Shown one piece after another: positions 47,574-57,900 of a stretch of DNA of 64,000 bases. Each line of letters opens with the position of its first letter. The first letter of the stretch is position 1. The notes below the pieces were generated by a model. It worked only from the letters and a program-made list of their open reading frames with translations. It was not told the DNA's origin and searched no databases. Source of the stretch: Vulcanimicrobiota bacterium (GTDB lineage: Bacteria > Vulcanimicrobiota > Xenobia > Xenobiales > JADMJV01). The translations under genes and the position numbers were made by a program. Where the stretch lies: positions 1 to 64,000 of the forward strand of contig JAFKGI010000012.1 in assembly GCA_017307785.1 (NCBI GenBank), in the 5' to 3' direction.

Positions 47574-48076
47574 ACTCCGTCGCGTTCCGCGCGGGCTGGC
47601 GTTTTGCCTGCAGTCTGGCTCTTCTTCTCGTGCTTTCGGGCACAGCTCGGGCCCAGATGCCGCCGCCTGACTGGCGGACTCTAAACCCGGAACAAAGAGC
47701 CTTTCTCATGGACGCCTTCCAAATGGCGCCCGAGGTGCGCCAATCCTTCTCCGATGGCGTCCCCGACGAGATCAAACAGAACCTTCTCAACTCTCTCTGG
47801 AGCGTGCTCACTCCCGAAAAACGGGTTCAAGTCGCCCTCTACGCCCACATCGAGAAACCCTGGAGCACCCAGTCGGAGTCGACCTCCAAGGTGCTGGCCC
47901 CGCAATTTGCCAAACTGTCCAAACTGCAGAAATTCCGCGTCTACGAAGCCGCACATTGGGACGCCACCCAGCGGGGTATTTTCGAAGCCCTTCCGAACGA
48001 GCTTCGCCAAGGAGCCTTTGAGGCGCTCTGGTCCTACCTGGACCCCAAGGCACGCAAGGCAATCCTGGCTCCCTAG
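47543..48076 (+). CDS. Secreted hypothetical protein
   Basis: Signal-peptide-like FACSLALLLVLSGTARAQ. The start is uncertain: the ATG at 47543 overlaps the divergent ATP-grasp start by 31 nt. Confidence 0.4.
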   Translation: MLLYNRGLESYSVAFRAGWRFACSLALLLVLSGTARAQMPPPDWRTLNPEQRAFLMDAFQMAPEVRQSFSDGVPDEIKQNLLNSLWSVLTPEKRVQVALYAHIEKPWSTQSESTSKVLAPQFAKLSKLQKFRVYEAAHWDATQRGIFEALPNELRQGAFEALWSYLDPKARKAILAP

Positions 48077-48100
48077 AGCTCACCAAGAAAGGCATCAACG

Positions 48101-48814
48101 TTGAAAAAGCTACTCGTCTCTTGCTTGCTCCTGGCTTCGGCTTCGGCCGCCTGGGCGGACAGACTCTATGTGCGCAATCGGCCCTTTGAGGGCTATGTCA
48201 TCGGGACTCTGGACAACCTGTCAGCCCTGGAAGTGGACGCCCGCGACTTTGCCAGAGCTCTCGGCTACAACCTGGACGAGGTGGACGGCAACTGGGTGCT
48301 GCGCTCCCCGAACGACAAGAGCGCCCCCGCGTTGACTGCCGGAGCCCACAAGCTCTATGCCGGTGGCCACGAACTCGCCTACCGCGCCGACGTGGACCGG
48401 AAACTGGTGAAACTGGCCGATCTGGCGCAAGCCCTGGGCGGTCGAGTGGTGCGCCACTCAGAGCTGGGCACCGTCGACTTCGACTTGATCAACGGCTACA
48501 AAGAAGAGATTGGCTTCGACCCCAAGCAATTCCACCTGATCTACTACGGAGCCGATTGGGCGCCGGCCGCCAAATTGTTCAAGCCGGTGGTGGTGGAGTT
48601 CGATCTCAAAAAACTGGTGCCGGTCATCTACGTGGACTGTATGCAGCCCCGCTCCCCCGTCTATAAGAACTTCATCCGCTACTTCAACGGCGACAAAATC
48701 CCCTATGTCGTCCTGCTCGGTCCCAACGGCAAAGTGGCCAAAACCTGGACCGGCTACCAGGACATCGGGCCCTGGACGACCGAGATTCAAAAACTCACCG
48801 GTCAGCGCTTCTAA
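48101..48814 (+). CDS. Secreted hypothetical protein with thioredoxin-like C-terminal region lacking CxxC
   Basis: Signal peptide MKKLLVSCLLLASASAAWA. The C-terminal HLIYYGADWAPAAKLF...VVLLGPNG is Trx-like in pattern but has no cysteines at the CxxC position. Confidence 0.35.
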   Translation: MKKLLVSCLLLASASAAWADRLYVRNRPFEGYVIGTLDNLSALEVDARDFARALGYNLDEVDGNWVLRSPNDKSAPALTAGAHKLYAGGHELAYRADVDRKLVKLADLAQALGGRVVRHSELGTVDFDLINGYKEEIGFDPKQFHLIYYGADWAPAAKLFKPVVVEFDLKKLVPVIYVDCMQPRSPVYKNFIRYFNGDKIPYVVLLGPNGKVAKTWTGYQDIGPWTTEIQKLTGQRF

Positions 48815-49986
48815 AGCTGGGCCGCCTTGAGCATCGAGGCGGCCCCCAAGAGATTGCCCAGGCCCACGCACACGTTGGTCAGGAGCATCACCAGCAAAAT
48901 TCGGGTGACTCGGTTCTGATACATGAACTTGAGGGTCAGCGACTGCTCGGAAATGGCCTCAAAATCGGCCACTCTGGGCTTGCGCAGACCAGCTTCCACC
49001 AGACCCGTCATCCAGCCGGTGGCGATCAGAGGATGGAGCGCCCCGATAGGAGCAAAGAGAAAACCACTGAGAGTGGTCAGGGGATGGGCCAACGACAACA
49101 GGCACCCCAGAGCTCCGGCGCAGGCCGTGATGAGAGCCCACATTCCGAGCATCCTCAGCGCCACGTTCTTGCCCCAGTGCAAAAAGCCGTAGACGATGGC
49201 GGCCACAATGGCCAGGGGGATGAGCCAACCGAGCAACTTGGAAAATTTGCTGGCCGGAGGGACAACCTCCAAGGGCGCTACATCCTGAACCTCGCCGAGA
49301 TAGCGAGCGATACCGGACACGTGCCCGGCACCCACGACCGCCAGCACGCGCTCACCCGGAGCCGAAAAAATCTTGGCGGCCAGGTAACGATCCCGCTCAT
49401 CGACCAGGGTTTCGCCGACTTCCGGCAGGTGCTGGGAGAGCTCCTTGAGCGCCTCTTCCAGAGCATCGCTGCGCTTCAAGCGCTCGACTTCTTCTTTGCT
49501 GATCTCAGCGCTTTCGAAGATCCCGAAAAGGGAAGAGAAAAAGAGCTTGGAGAGACTCCACCACGAGAGCCGCCTCCAGGTACGCCGCAGAGTGGTGCCG
49601 ACATCGCGGTCCGCCAACACAGTCGGGATATCCAACTCCTGGCTGGTCTCCATGGCCTGCATCATCTCGGCGCCCGGCTTGACTCCCAACTGCTTACCGA
49701 TCTTTTTCTGAAAGCTGGCCAGCAGCAACTGGGCCAGCAGCAGATTGCCCTTGCCCTTTTTGATCACTTCGACGATGTCGGTATTGCGCCAGCGGTCCGG
49801 ATCGCGAAGGGTCTGATAACGAGAGGCGCACAATTCCACCGCCACCGAGTCAGGCTTGAGTTCATGAAGGGTATCCTTGACCAGGTCCACGCTGGCCTGA
49901 CTGACGTGGGCCGTACCCAGCAGGTAAAACTTGCGGCCGTCACGCTCGACCAGTCGAATATCGGGGTGCTCCATTAAGCGATCCAT
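48811..49986 (-). CDS. TraB/GumN family protein
   Basis: FYLLGTAHVS, AVELC and VVGAGHV motifs, plus a C-terminal membrane region. Confidence 0.6.
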   Translation of the reverse strand: MDRLMEHPDIRLVERDGRKFYLLGTAHVSQASVDLVKDTLHELKPDSVAVELCASRYQTLRDPDRWRNTDIVEVIKKGKGNLLLAQLLLASFQKKIGKQLGVKPGAEMMQAMETSQELDIPTVLADRDVGTTLRRTWRRLSWWSLSKLFFSSLFGIFESAEISKEEVERLKRSDALEEALKELSQHLPEVGETLVDERDRYLAAKIFSAPGERVLAVVGAGHVSGIARYLGEVQDVAPLEVVPPASKFSKLLGWLIPLAIVAAIVYGFLHWGKNVALRMLGMWALITACAGALGCLLSLAHPLTTLSGFLFAPIGALHPLIATGWMTGLVEAGLRKPRVADFEAISEQSLTLKFMYQNRVTRILLVMLLTNVCVGLGNLLGAASMLKAAQL

Positions 49987-50939
49987 TCTGCCAGGCGCGC
50001 CGGGGCGATGTTGCCGCCACTGAGCACGACCCAGGTTCCTTCTTGCTCGGGTATTTGCCCGCTGCGATAGGCGGCTAACCCTGCCGCACCGCCCGGCTCG
50101 ACCACCAGCTTGGCCTCCTCCACCAGATAGCGCACCGCGTCACGCACCGCTTCCTCGGACACCTCCACCATTTCATCCACCCACTGCTGGGCCAGCTGCC
50201 AGGGAAGGTCGCCCGGTCGATTGGCGGTCAGCGCGTCACATTCCGTCACCACCGTATCCAGGCGTCGCAGTTCGCCGTTTCTCAGGGAATCCACCATGGC
50301 ATTGGCCCCCTTGGGCTGGACGCCCACGATGCGAACCAGGGGATCGATTTGTTTGAGTGCCAGCGAAGTGGCCACCAGCAATCCCCCCGTGCTGGCCGGG
50401 ATGATGACCTGGCGGGGTCGCGCCGCCGCCAGGTCCAGTCCCAGGGTCGCGTGACCGACCAGAACTTCAGGGTCATTCAGGTGATCCACCACATGGATGC
50501 CCTGCTCGGTGAGCGCGTGCAAAGCAGCGGTCCGCTCTTCCGTGGAATCACCGCTAAAAACCACTTGTCCGCCCCAGGCGCGCACTCGCTCCACCTTCCA
50601 GGGATGACTGCGCCTCATCATGACGGCCGTGACGGGAACGCCGTAGTGACGGCCGGCCCAGGCCAGGGCGACCGCAAAATTCCCGGAGGATGCCAGCGCC
50701 AGTCCCTTCTCACCAAGACCCCTGGCCTTGAGGTTGAGAATGTGACAGATGGCCCGAACCTTGTAGGCACCGGTGACTTGCAGGTTCTCGCACATCAGGC
50801 CCAGGCCGTCGACCTGTCGAAGCGGAGGGACAACGACCTCCTGGGGCAGCGCCCGCCGTGCCGCCTCAATCTTTTCCAGAGTGCCCCATTCGGGCGCTTC
50901 GTAGTGCATCTGTCTGTTCCTTAACATGTTATTCATCAA
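49974..50939 (-). CDS. PLP-dependent threonine/serine dehydratase family enzyme
   Basis: Fold-type II PLP enzyme. Lys in TGAYKVRAI, then ASSGNFA and a Gly-rich PLP-phosphate loop. Confidence 0.6.
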   Translation of the reverse strand: MMNNMLRNRQMHYEAPEWGTLEKIEAARRALPQEVVVPPLRQVDGLGLMCENLQVTGAYKVRAICHILNLKARGLGEKGLALASSGNFAVALAWAGRHYGVPVTAVMMRRSHPWKVERVRAWGGQVVFSGDSTEERTAALHALTEQGIHVVDHLNDPEVLVGHATLGLDLAAARPRQVIIPASTGGLLVATSLALKQIDPLVRIVGVQPKGANAMVDSLRNGELRRLDTVVTECDALTANRPGDLPWQLAQQWVDEMVEVSEEAVRDAVRYLVEEAKLVVEPGGAAGLAAYRSGQIPEQEGTWVVLSGGNIAPARLAEWIA

Positions 50940-51002
50940 GTGTTCTTAACGGCGGTGGTATGAAGGATGTAACACATCCCACCCCCAGGAGCGAAACATA
51001 CT

Positions 51003-51230
51003 ATGAAAATCGCCGCCCAGAATCACCAGTCTTACACCAGAAACACCCGTCGCAGCAAGGACGGCCCGGACGACGTTCCCCCGGAATTCCCCGGCCGCAA
51101 AACCGATCCCGGACCGGACGACGTCTATGACCCCGACTTCGGCGGACGCGGTCGCGGTTCCGACTACGGTGGCAGCGCCCACTATTACGACAGCGACAGC
51201 TCCGGCGGCAGCGCCTGGGTCCTGTTCTAA
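51003..51230 (+). CDS. Small hypothetical protein (75 aa, low complexity, Asp/Gly/Arg-rich)
   Basis: AGGAG 12 nt upstream of the ATG, with a clean intrinsic terminator immediately downstream. Confidence 0.5.
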   Translation: MKIAAQNHQSYTRNTRRSKDGPDDVPPEFPGRKTDPGPDDVYDPDFGGRGRGSDYGGSAHYYDSDSSGGSAWVLF

Positions 51231-51252
51231 GCCCCTCCAAAGCTTCTCAAGA

Positions 51253-51289
51253 ATCGCCATCGGCCAGCGCCGGTGGCGATTTTTATTTT
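51253..51289 (+). terminator. Rho-independent terminator
   Basis: ATCGCCATCGG-CCAGCG-CCGGTGGCGAT followed by TTTTATTTT. Confidence 0.65.
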
Positions 51290-51500
51290 CGTCATAACTT
51301 CCTGAAAAATCGCGGCTTTCCGCAGTTGCTTTGCAAAAAATCCCATGGTATGCTTGAGCTCCTCATGCACACGGCTGGACTCAAGTTCTCTCTGTCCGCC
51401 CAGGCAGCCCCCGGCTGTCCTTGTTGTTGTTGCTGTTGTTGTTGTCGCTAACCCCCTTTCCTGACACAACCCGCAACCTTTTCACAACAATGAGGACCGC

Positions 51501-52226
51501 ATGCACAAAGTCAAAGTCGCAATTTTAGTTCGCAGCAATTATTGGCACTTCCCCGCCGGCCCCGTCAACGGAGCCACCCACCGCAGCGTCCCGGACATTA
51601 TGCGCGCCATCCGCCGAGCGGGCGGAGAGCCGGTTCTGGTCTATCAAGACGGTAGTGCGCAACCCGACCAGTGGGACGCGGTGGTGATCCCCGGCGGCAA
51701 CGATCTACACCCCGGCTGGTACAACCAGGAAGCCCACAGCAGCGTCGACCTGGCTACCGTGGACGCCGATTTTGACCATTTCCAACTGCGCTGGACCCGC
51801 TGGGCTCTGGAAAACGACAAGCCACTGCTCGGCATCTGCCGTGGAATGCAGGTCTTGAACGTGGCCGCCGGCGGCAACTTGATCCAGGACGTGGCCCACC
51901 ACACCTCCCCCGAGCTCCAAAATGACCCCAGTCGCCGGCGCGAGCCTGCTCACGGCATTCACATCGTGCCCGGCTCGCGCCTACACCAGATCCTCGGCGA
52001 CGATTACGTGCGGGTCAACTCGATCCACCACCAGGCGGTGGACCGCGTCGGCGAACGCTTCCAACCGGTGGCCTGGGCGCCGGACGGAGTGGTGGAAGCC
52101 ATCGAAGGACGCAACAGCCCCTGGCAACGTGGCGTCCAGTTTCACCCCGAAGATATGCAGGAAAGTGCTCCCTTTCAAGCCCTCTTTCAATCTCTCGTCG
52201 AGGACGCCCGCAGCCACGAGGACTAA
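51501..52226 (+). CDS. Class I glutamine amidotransferase, gamma-glutamyl-GABA hydrolase (PuuD/peptidase C26)-like
   Basis: GICRGMQVLN (Cys nucleophile) and NSIHHQAV (His). GAGGA RBS. Confidence 0.75.
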   Translation: MHKVKVAILVRSNYWHFPAGPVNGATHRSVPDIMRAIRRAGGEPVLVYQDGSAQPDQWDAVVIPGGNDLHPGWYNQEAHSSVDLATVDADFDHFQLRWTRWALENDKPLLGICRGMQVLNVAAGGNLIQDVAHHTSPELQNDPSRRREPAHGIHIVPGSRLHQILGDDYVRVNSIHHQAVDRVGERFQPVAWAPDGVVEAIEGRNSPWQRGVQFHPEDMQESAPFQALFQSLVEDARSHED

Positions 52227-52277
52227 TCCCCGCCACGGGTAATACTTAGGACATAGACTGCGAGGAGATGAACTAGA

Positions 52278-52994
52278 GTGGCAACTGCGATGGACATCGT
52301 TCACTGCTTCAAGCCGGCCGAACACCTGGATCAAGCGATCTACCGGGACCTGCTGAAGAGTCGCCAAAAAGGAGCGGACGAGCTCCGCTTCATCAGCCTG
52401 CTCGGAGCCAAAGAAGAAGCCACCCTGGTCTATGAAATCCTGCGCCTCCCCCAGCGCCAGGTGCAATCGGAATACAGCTCCCTGGGCAAAGTGGCCCTGA
52501 CCGCCCTCCTTTTCACCCGAGCCCTCTTCACCGGCAAATCGGCCCATTGGGCCGGCGCTTTGAGCGCGGGCGCCATCACCATGTTCGACGGCGAGGAAAC
52601 GCTGCAGCGCGCCAAAGGCGCGCTACAGCGTATCAGTCGCGCGGGCAGCCTGGGCAAAGCCACTCTGCGCTTGACCCCCAGTGAGGCCGTGCTGGTCTAC
52701 GAGGGCCAGCAGGTGCATATCTCGCTGGCCCCGATGCGCCAGGTCGTGCTCCGCGCCGTGCGGGGGGCGGTCGACAGCCAGGAAGTCTACTACTGCATCC
52801 ACATCGATTTGCAGGACGGCCGGGTGATGCCGGTCATCCGCTCCAATCAAGCGGTGGAGGCGCGACGCCTGTCCCATCAACTGGCCGGCGCCCTGCACCT
52901 GCCCATGAGCTTCCAGAACGTGGACGTCAGCGAAGTTCCCAATGGCTACAGCTGGGAAATGGGACCCCAACTGGTCGAACCCGCTCTCAATTAG
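52278..52994 (+). CDS. Hypothetical protein
   Basis: GTG start with GAGGAG upstream (or the ATG at 52290). No recognisable domain. Confidence 0.4.
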   Translation: MATAMDIVHCFKPAEHLDQAIYRDLLKSRQKGADELRFISLLGAKEEATLVYEILRLPQRQVQSEYSSLGKVALTALLFTRALFTGKSAHWAGALSAGAITMFDGEETLQRAKGALQRISRAGSLGKATLRLTPSEAVLVYEGQQVHISLAPMRQVVLRAVRGAVDSQEVYYCIHIDLQDGRVMPVIRSNQAVEARRLSHQLAGALHLPMSFQNVDVSEVPNGYSWEMGPQLVEPALN

Positions 52995-53413
52995 CCTACG
53001 TCCAGCCGCTGCACGAAGTCTTTCCCCGGGTCGGCCAGATCGGCGTGAAAACAGAGTAGCGTCTTGCCCATGCCGGGTATCGCCGTGTAGCTGAGCAAAT
53101 CAAAGCCACGATCGGTCTGCAGGCTCTGCGAGAGAAAGCAGCGCTCTCCCTCGGAAGAAAGAGTGCGCAGATGACGCCCTTCTTCATCCACGGAGTAGGT
53201 CATACTCCCACCGTTGGCGGTCAAGACCTGCCCGACAATCGGGTCCAAATCGCCGGGCGCGTTGTCTCGGCTCATGGCGTTGCGCAGGTTCAGGTCGAGC
53301 ATGTCCACCATTCCGTCGCGCTCGCGGGCGGGCATGGGCTCTTTTTTAACCCCCGGTAGCTCCCGATTTTTTTCGAAGTGCTTAAAATAGAAGTTAAGGG
53401 GATGAATCGGCAT
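52991..53413 (-). CDS. Hypothetical protein
   Basis: Strong AGGAGG RBS. 140 aa with no recognisable domain. Confidence 0.45.
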   Translation of the reverse strand: MPIHPLNFYFKHFEKNRELPGVKKEPMPARERDGMVDMLDLNLRNAMSRDNAPGDLDPIVGQVLTANGGSMTYSVDEEGRHLRTLSSEGERCFLSQSLQTDRGFDLLSYTAIPGMGKTLLCFHADLADPGKDFVQRLDVG

Positions 53414-53510
53414 GGTTTCCTCCTGGTGTGTGCTGATGAGACCAGCATAGCGGAAGAAACGGAGTTAAAGGTTGCCCTTCTTTGTCCGATCCATGTCCAA
53501 AATTATTCGT

Positions 53511-53936
53511 TCAGGCCGCGAATCGAGAATAGACGATCAGACCACACAGAAAGAGCGAGAAGAAATAGGTTCCAATGGCCCCGAGACGGCGCAACAGATT
53601 GGGGCGACGCAGATTGAAGAACAAAATGCCGGCCGCGTGCAGAACGCGAACCAGTACCAGCGCCGGTCCCAGCCAGACCGCCCAGGTGGGCATCCCCGCC
53701 CCCATGGAAGAGATCACCGAACACACCAGCATCAGAACGCACAGGATCGGTCCATACTCACAGGCGTTCCGATGAGCTACGATGGCGCGATAGAGACTGT
53801 TGCCCGGGTCTTCTTCACAACCGTGCGATTTCTTGAGGATGATGCGATTCAAACTGCAGTTGAGGGCCAACAGGATCTGCAGGATGGCCAGGCAGGCGAC
53901 GGAGATAAAAGTCACGGAAAAGAAGGTGCTTGTCAT
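53511..53936 (-). CDS. MAPEG family membrane protein (microsomal GST-like)
   Basis: 141 aa with 3–4 TM helices. RAIVAHRNACEYGP resembles the MAPEG RAHxNxxEn motif. Overlaps the M48 gene stop by 1 nt. Confidence 0.5.
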   Translation of the reverse strand: MTSTFFSVTFISVACLAILQILLALNCSLNRIILKKSHGCEEDPGNSLYRAIVAHRNACEYGPILCVLMLVCSVISSMGAGMPTWAVWLGPALVLVRVLHAAGILFFNLRRPNLLRRLGAIGTYFFSLFLCGLIVYSRFAA

Positions 53937-54976
53937 CAGCGCACCTTCAGCCAGACCAGTCGGTCCCCTTCCGAGCCGTTGCGAACGGCCAGCCCAAAGC
54001 GAGTGACACCGCCTCGGACGACCCGCTGAGCCACCTCCAACGTCAGCAAACGACGCTCCAGAGCAGGGTCCGACTCTCCCGCGGGACTGACCAGCAGAAA
54101 CCCGTCCGCGTCCAGGTTCAGATTCTCGAGTTGGCCGCGACTGCTACTCATCAGCTGAGGATCCTGCTTCCACCCGGTGGACTGGACCAGCGCCTGAGTC
54201 AGGCGTTCCAGCAACGGCCTGGCTCGGGTCATGGTCGGTTGCTGCACCGGCGCAGCTCCTCCGGCATTGTAAGCGAGAAGGGGAATATAGCGGTAAGAGT
54301 CGGTGATGCGGTCTTGAGGCATGGGATGGCTGCCTACCATGGCGTTAATGAAGGCAGGGGTCTCGCTGTTGTGCTTGCCCGCCAAAGTCCGCAGAGCCAC
54401 TAACGCATAGGCGGGGTCATAGCCGGCCCGAGCCATCATGGCCGTTCCCAATCGGTCGGCCTCGGACTCATCTGCCTGACTGAAGCGACTGTCGAGCATC
54501 TGATCCACCAGACCCGCCAACTGCACAGACTGCTGATTGATTCGACCGCCGCTCAAGCCGATCAGAACCGCCAGCCAGCCGGCCTTGCGCATCTGCTCGT
54601 TCTCCATCTGACGAATCGAGTGGCGTTGCACGACGTGAGACAGTTCGTGGCCGAGCACGAAAGCAATCTCACCATCGCTCATACCGCGCATCAGGGACCG
54701 CGTCGCATAGACAAATCCACCAGGAAGAGCCATTGCGTTAAACTCATCGCTGGCCAAAACCTTAAACTGAAACTGGATGTCGTTCCGCCCGGCCACCCGA
54801 GAGAGCGCCTGCCCAATCGTCTGTAGTCGACGGTTCAGATCAGGGGAATTGTCGATTCCGTATTGTCCTTCGATCTTCTGCGCGGCAGACCGCCCCAGAG
54901 CGACTTCCTGCTGTGTGCTTACTTCAGCCCAAAGCGCTCCGCTTAGAAGAACCACGAGAAACAGGCGAATCCACAT
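53936..54976 (-). CDS. M48 family zinc metallopeptidase (BepA/HtpX-like), secreted
   Basis: Signal peptide; NAMALPGG; GHELSHV (HExxH); ESEAD third-ligand Glu. Confidence 0.75.
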   Translation of the reverse strand: MWIRLFLVVLLSGALWAEVSTQQEVALGRSAAQKIEGQYGIDNSPDLNRRLQTIGQALSRVAGRNDIQFQFKVLASDEFNAMALPGGFVYATRSLMRGMSDGEIAFVLGHELSHVVQRHSIRQMENEQMRKAGWLAVLIGLSGGRINQQSVQLAGLVDQMLDSRFSQADESEADRLGTAMMARAGYDPAYALVALRTLAGKHNSETPAFINAMVGSHPMPQDRITDSYRYIPLLAYNAGGAAPVQQPTMTRARPLLERLTQALVQSTGWKQDPQLMSSSRGQLENLNLDADGFLLVSPAGESDPALERRLLTLEVAQRVVRGGVTRFGLAVRNGSEGDRLVWLKVR

Positions 54977-57900
54977 CAGTTCTTACTCTTCACCATCTGG
55001 TTCAGACGGTCGTCCGCCTGGCGGATGCGAGCGGTCAGCACCTTGATGATTTCAAAAGCCATTTCCGGCATCTGCTCCACCAGATCTTTCAACTGCTCCC
55101 CTTTGAGCACAAGCAGGCGGGAATTGCGCTCCACCACTACACTGGCGCTACGCGGCTCATCGTCGAGAATGGCCATTTCCCCAAAGTAATTGACGCCCTC
55201 CAGACGGGTCAACAGCAACTCCTGGCCGCTACCGCGGGCTTTCACGATGCGCACGCTGCCATCGAGAAGAATATAAAGCTCGGCGCCCAGCTGGCCTTCT
55301 TCGAAGACCACTTCCCCGTTCAAATACTCTACTTCTTCGAGCCGCTGATCGATGGCCACCAGTTGCTCCAGATTCATCTGGGCAAACAGAGGCACCTTAC
55401 GCAGCACCAGTAGTCGTTCCACTTTCTCCTCCTCGGCTTCGTTCCAGGACTTCTCCTTGCGCAGCCATTCCACCGCCTGACTCAGCCAGGGATCGCAAGC
55501 AAGCCACTGGCTGGAGCAAAAAAGCTCCCAATCCGCCTGGCGAACCAGCGAAGCGGGCAGATCCCCCATCTTGTCGCGAAGATCGCCGCTTTCCAGCAGC
55601 AGCACCAGCAGCTGGGAGGCCTCGCGATCCCCCAAATTGGACAGCACCTCCAGGGCATCCGCTCGGGCACGCAGGTTGGTGAAGCGCAAAACCTTCTCCA
55701 CGCTGCGGATCACTTTGGGCGTCTCGATGCCGGCCAGGATATCAAACACCAGCTTACGGTTTCTCCCGATAGCGTTGTCCAGACACAGCTGCATGTAGTC
55801 CAGTTGTAGCTGGGGCGCATCGCCGTGAGGCAGACGGAGGAGCGTGCATACCCAGAGTTGCTGGACCTGAGAACGCAACATGCGAGTCAGTCGCTCGCGA
55901 CTCTCTTTTCGGCTACTCTGGCTCAGACAGGCAACCGCCGCTCGAGCCGTGTTGCCGGAAGCCGAGTCCAGGTATGGCTCCAGGATAGGCCCCAGATCGA
56001 GCGGACAGCTGGCAAGCACGGCAATACAGCGATCGCGGGTGGCCTTGGACGGCTCTTCCAGATGCCGACTGATACGCCGCCAAACTTCACCTTCCTCAGG
56101 AATCAACTCCTGGTGGCTCTGTAGCAGTTGCAGAGCGGCGCGGCGCACCGGGGCCTCGCGGCGATCGAGAGCTTCCAGGGCCGAAAGCACCCAATGTCGC
56201 CTGCGCCCCTGGTCCTCGCCGTGAAACTCGGCCAGGCGCAGCATGGCCGCCCGAGCCACACGCGCGGACGGATGCGAACTGCGCGCCACCAGCTCGCTGC
56301 TCAAACTCATAGGAGTGTGGCGCAGTGCCGCCACCACCGTAGGTGGCTCGCCGTCGGCCAACATCTCCAGCAAGCATTGACTGGCCTCCGAGGCCTCTTT
56401 TCCTTTGGGCAAGCCGATCAGCAGAGAAGCAGCCAGGGCCCGCACCTCGGTCTGGGAGTCTTGCATGCAGGCCACCAGCCAGCCTGGAACCAGGCCGGGT
56501 TTCAGTTCGCCGACAGCCCGCAAAGCCGCCAGCCGAATCTCCGGCTCGGGGCTGCCGGCACACTCCTGCAGCAGACGCCAATCGCGCGGCCAGCCCGGCT
56601 GGGCCAGGGCCTGCAGACAAGTCCGGCGCAGCCAGACGGGAAGCTCCCGATCACTGGCGGCGACTTCAGCCAGAGGCCCCCAGGCCTGGCGACTGGCCAA
56701 GGTCTGAGCCAGACGCAGAATGGCCGGGTCGGGGCTGTCCGAAGCTTCTCGACACAGATCCTGCCACAGACCCGTCAGGCGCTGCAGTTCCGAGACGGCA
56801 AACCCACCGCTCAGTTCTTCCAGGTCCAGCCGTCCGGCCTGGACTTCATCGATCATCGTGTGCAGGTAGGAACTGCGCACCGCCCAGTTGGCGGCGAAGT
56901 AGAGCGCGGCCGCGGTGAAACCCAGGCCATACATCCAGGTAGCCGGTTTGGCTCCGGAACCGACCACCCAGAGAATCACTCCGGCCAAAGCCATGGCGGC
57001 GTAGGTGACCAGACCCTCCAAGAAAGCTCGCACGCGCCCGCGGGAGCGTGCCGGCAGCGCGTTGTAGACAAGCCCACGAATAGGACTGGCAATCGCGTTC
57101 TCCAAGCTTTCGCGAGTGGCGCGCAGCGCAACCGCCGTGACCAGGTTCGGGCTCAGGCAAATGGCCAGAAAGCTCAGACAAGTCAGCCCGGAGTGCACCT
57201 GATTGGCGTTGGCCACTCCTAATGTCCGGATCAACCAGGGGGTCACGGCCACTTCCACCAGAATCTCCAGGCCGTTGGTGATGGCCAGCAGCCGGCTCAA
57301 AAAGGCCGCCAACTGCTCACTGTCAGGATAGCTGGCCAGAATGATGCTGGAGTAGAGATACTGCCCCAGGAAAGCCGCCAAAATCATACAGGCGCAGGAA
57401 ACCACCAGTTGCTGCCCGAGTTTGGACTGGCGAAGGTAATTGGCGGCGTTGCGCATCTCGCTGATACTGGTCTCGTCCGCTTCTTCCAGCTCCAGAGGAC
57501 CCCAACGGCGCAGCAAGCGCCGACTGACTCGCAGCAAAAGGGCAGCCAGCAACAGAAAGGCTGGCCAGAGCAAGAGCAGTTCTTCGGAACGCACGTAAGC
57601 ACCAAGGGCGGTCACCAGGAAAGCCCCGATCATCCCGCCCAAGCTGGCCCCGACTACAAACAAGGGAAAGAGGCGCTTGGAAGCCAGGGTGTCAAAAAAG
57701 TCGCCGGTGAAAGTCCAATAGTGGTTGGTCAGAATGCACTGACTCAGGTAAAAGAGGCTGACCAGCGCGAAATAAAGACCCGGGACCTCGCGAGTCAGGC
57801 CGGCCCAGGCCAGCACCACCAGAGCCGCCAACCCACCCAGCAAGCGAATAAAGTAGCGGTCGTTCTTGGCGCGATGAACGCCTAGCGCATAAAGCAGGCT

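Noticed and set aside
51227-51469. 80-aa − strand ORF containing a poly-Thr/Ala stretch
   Set aside because: It is the antisense reading of the (TTG)n repeat and terminator region, and has no RBS.
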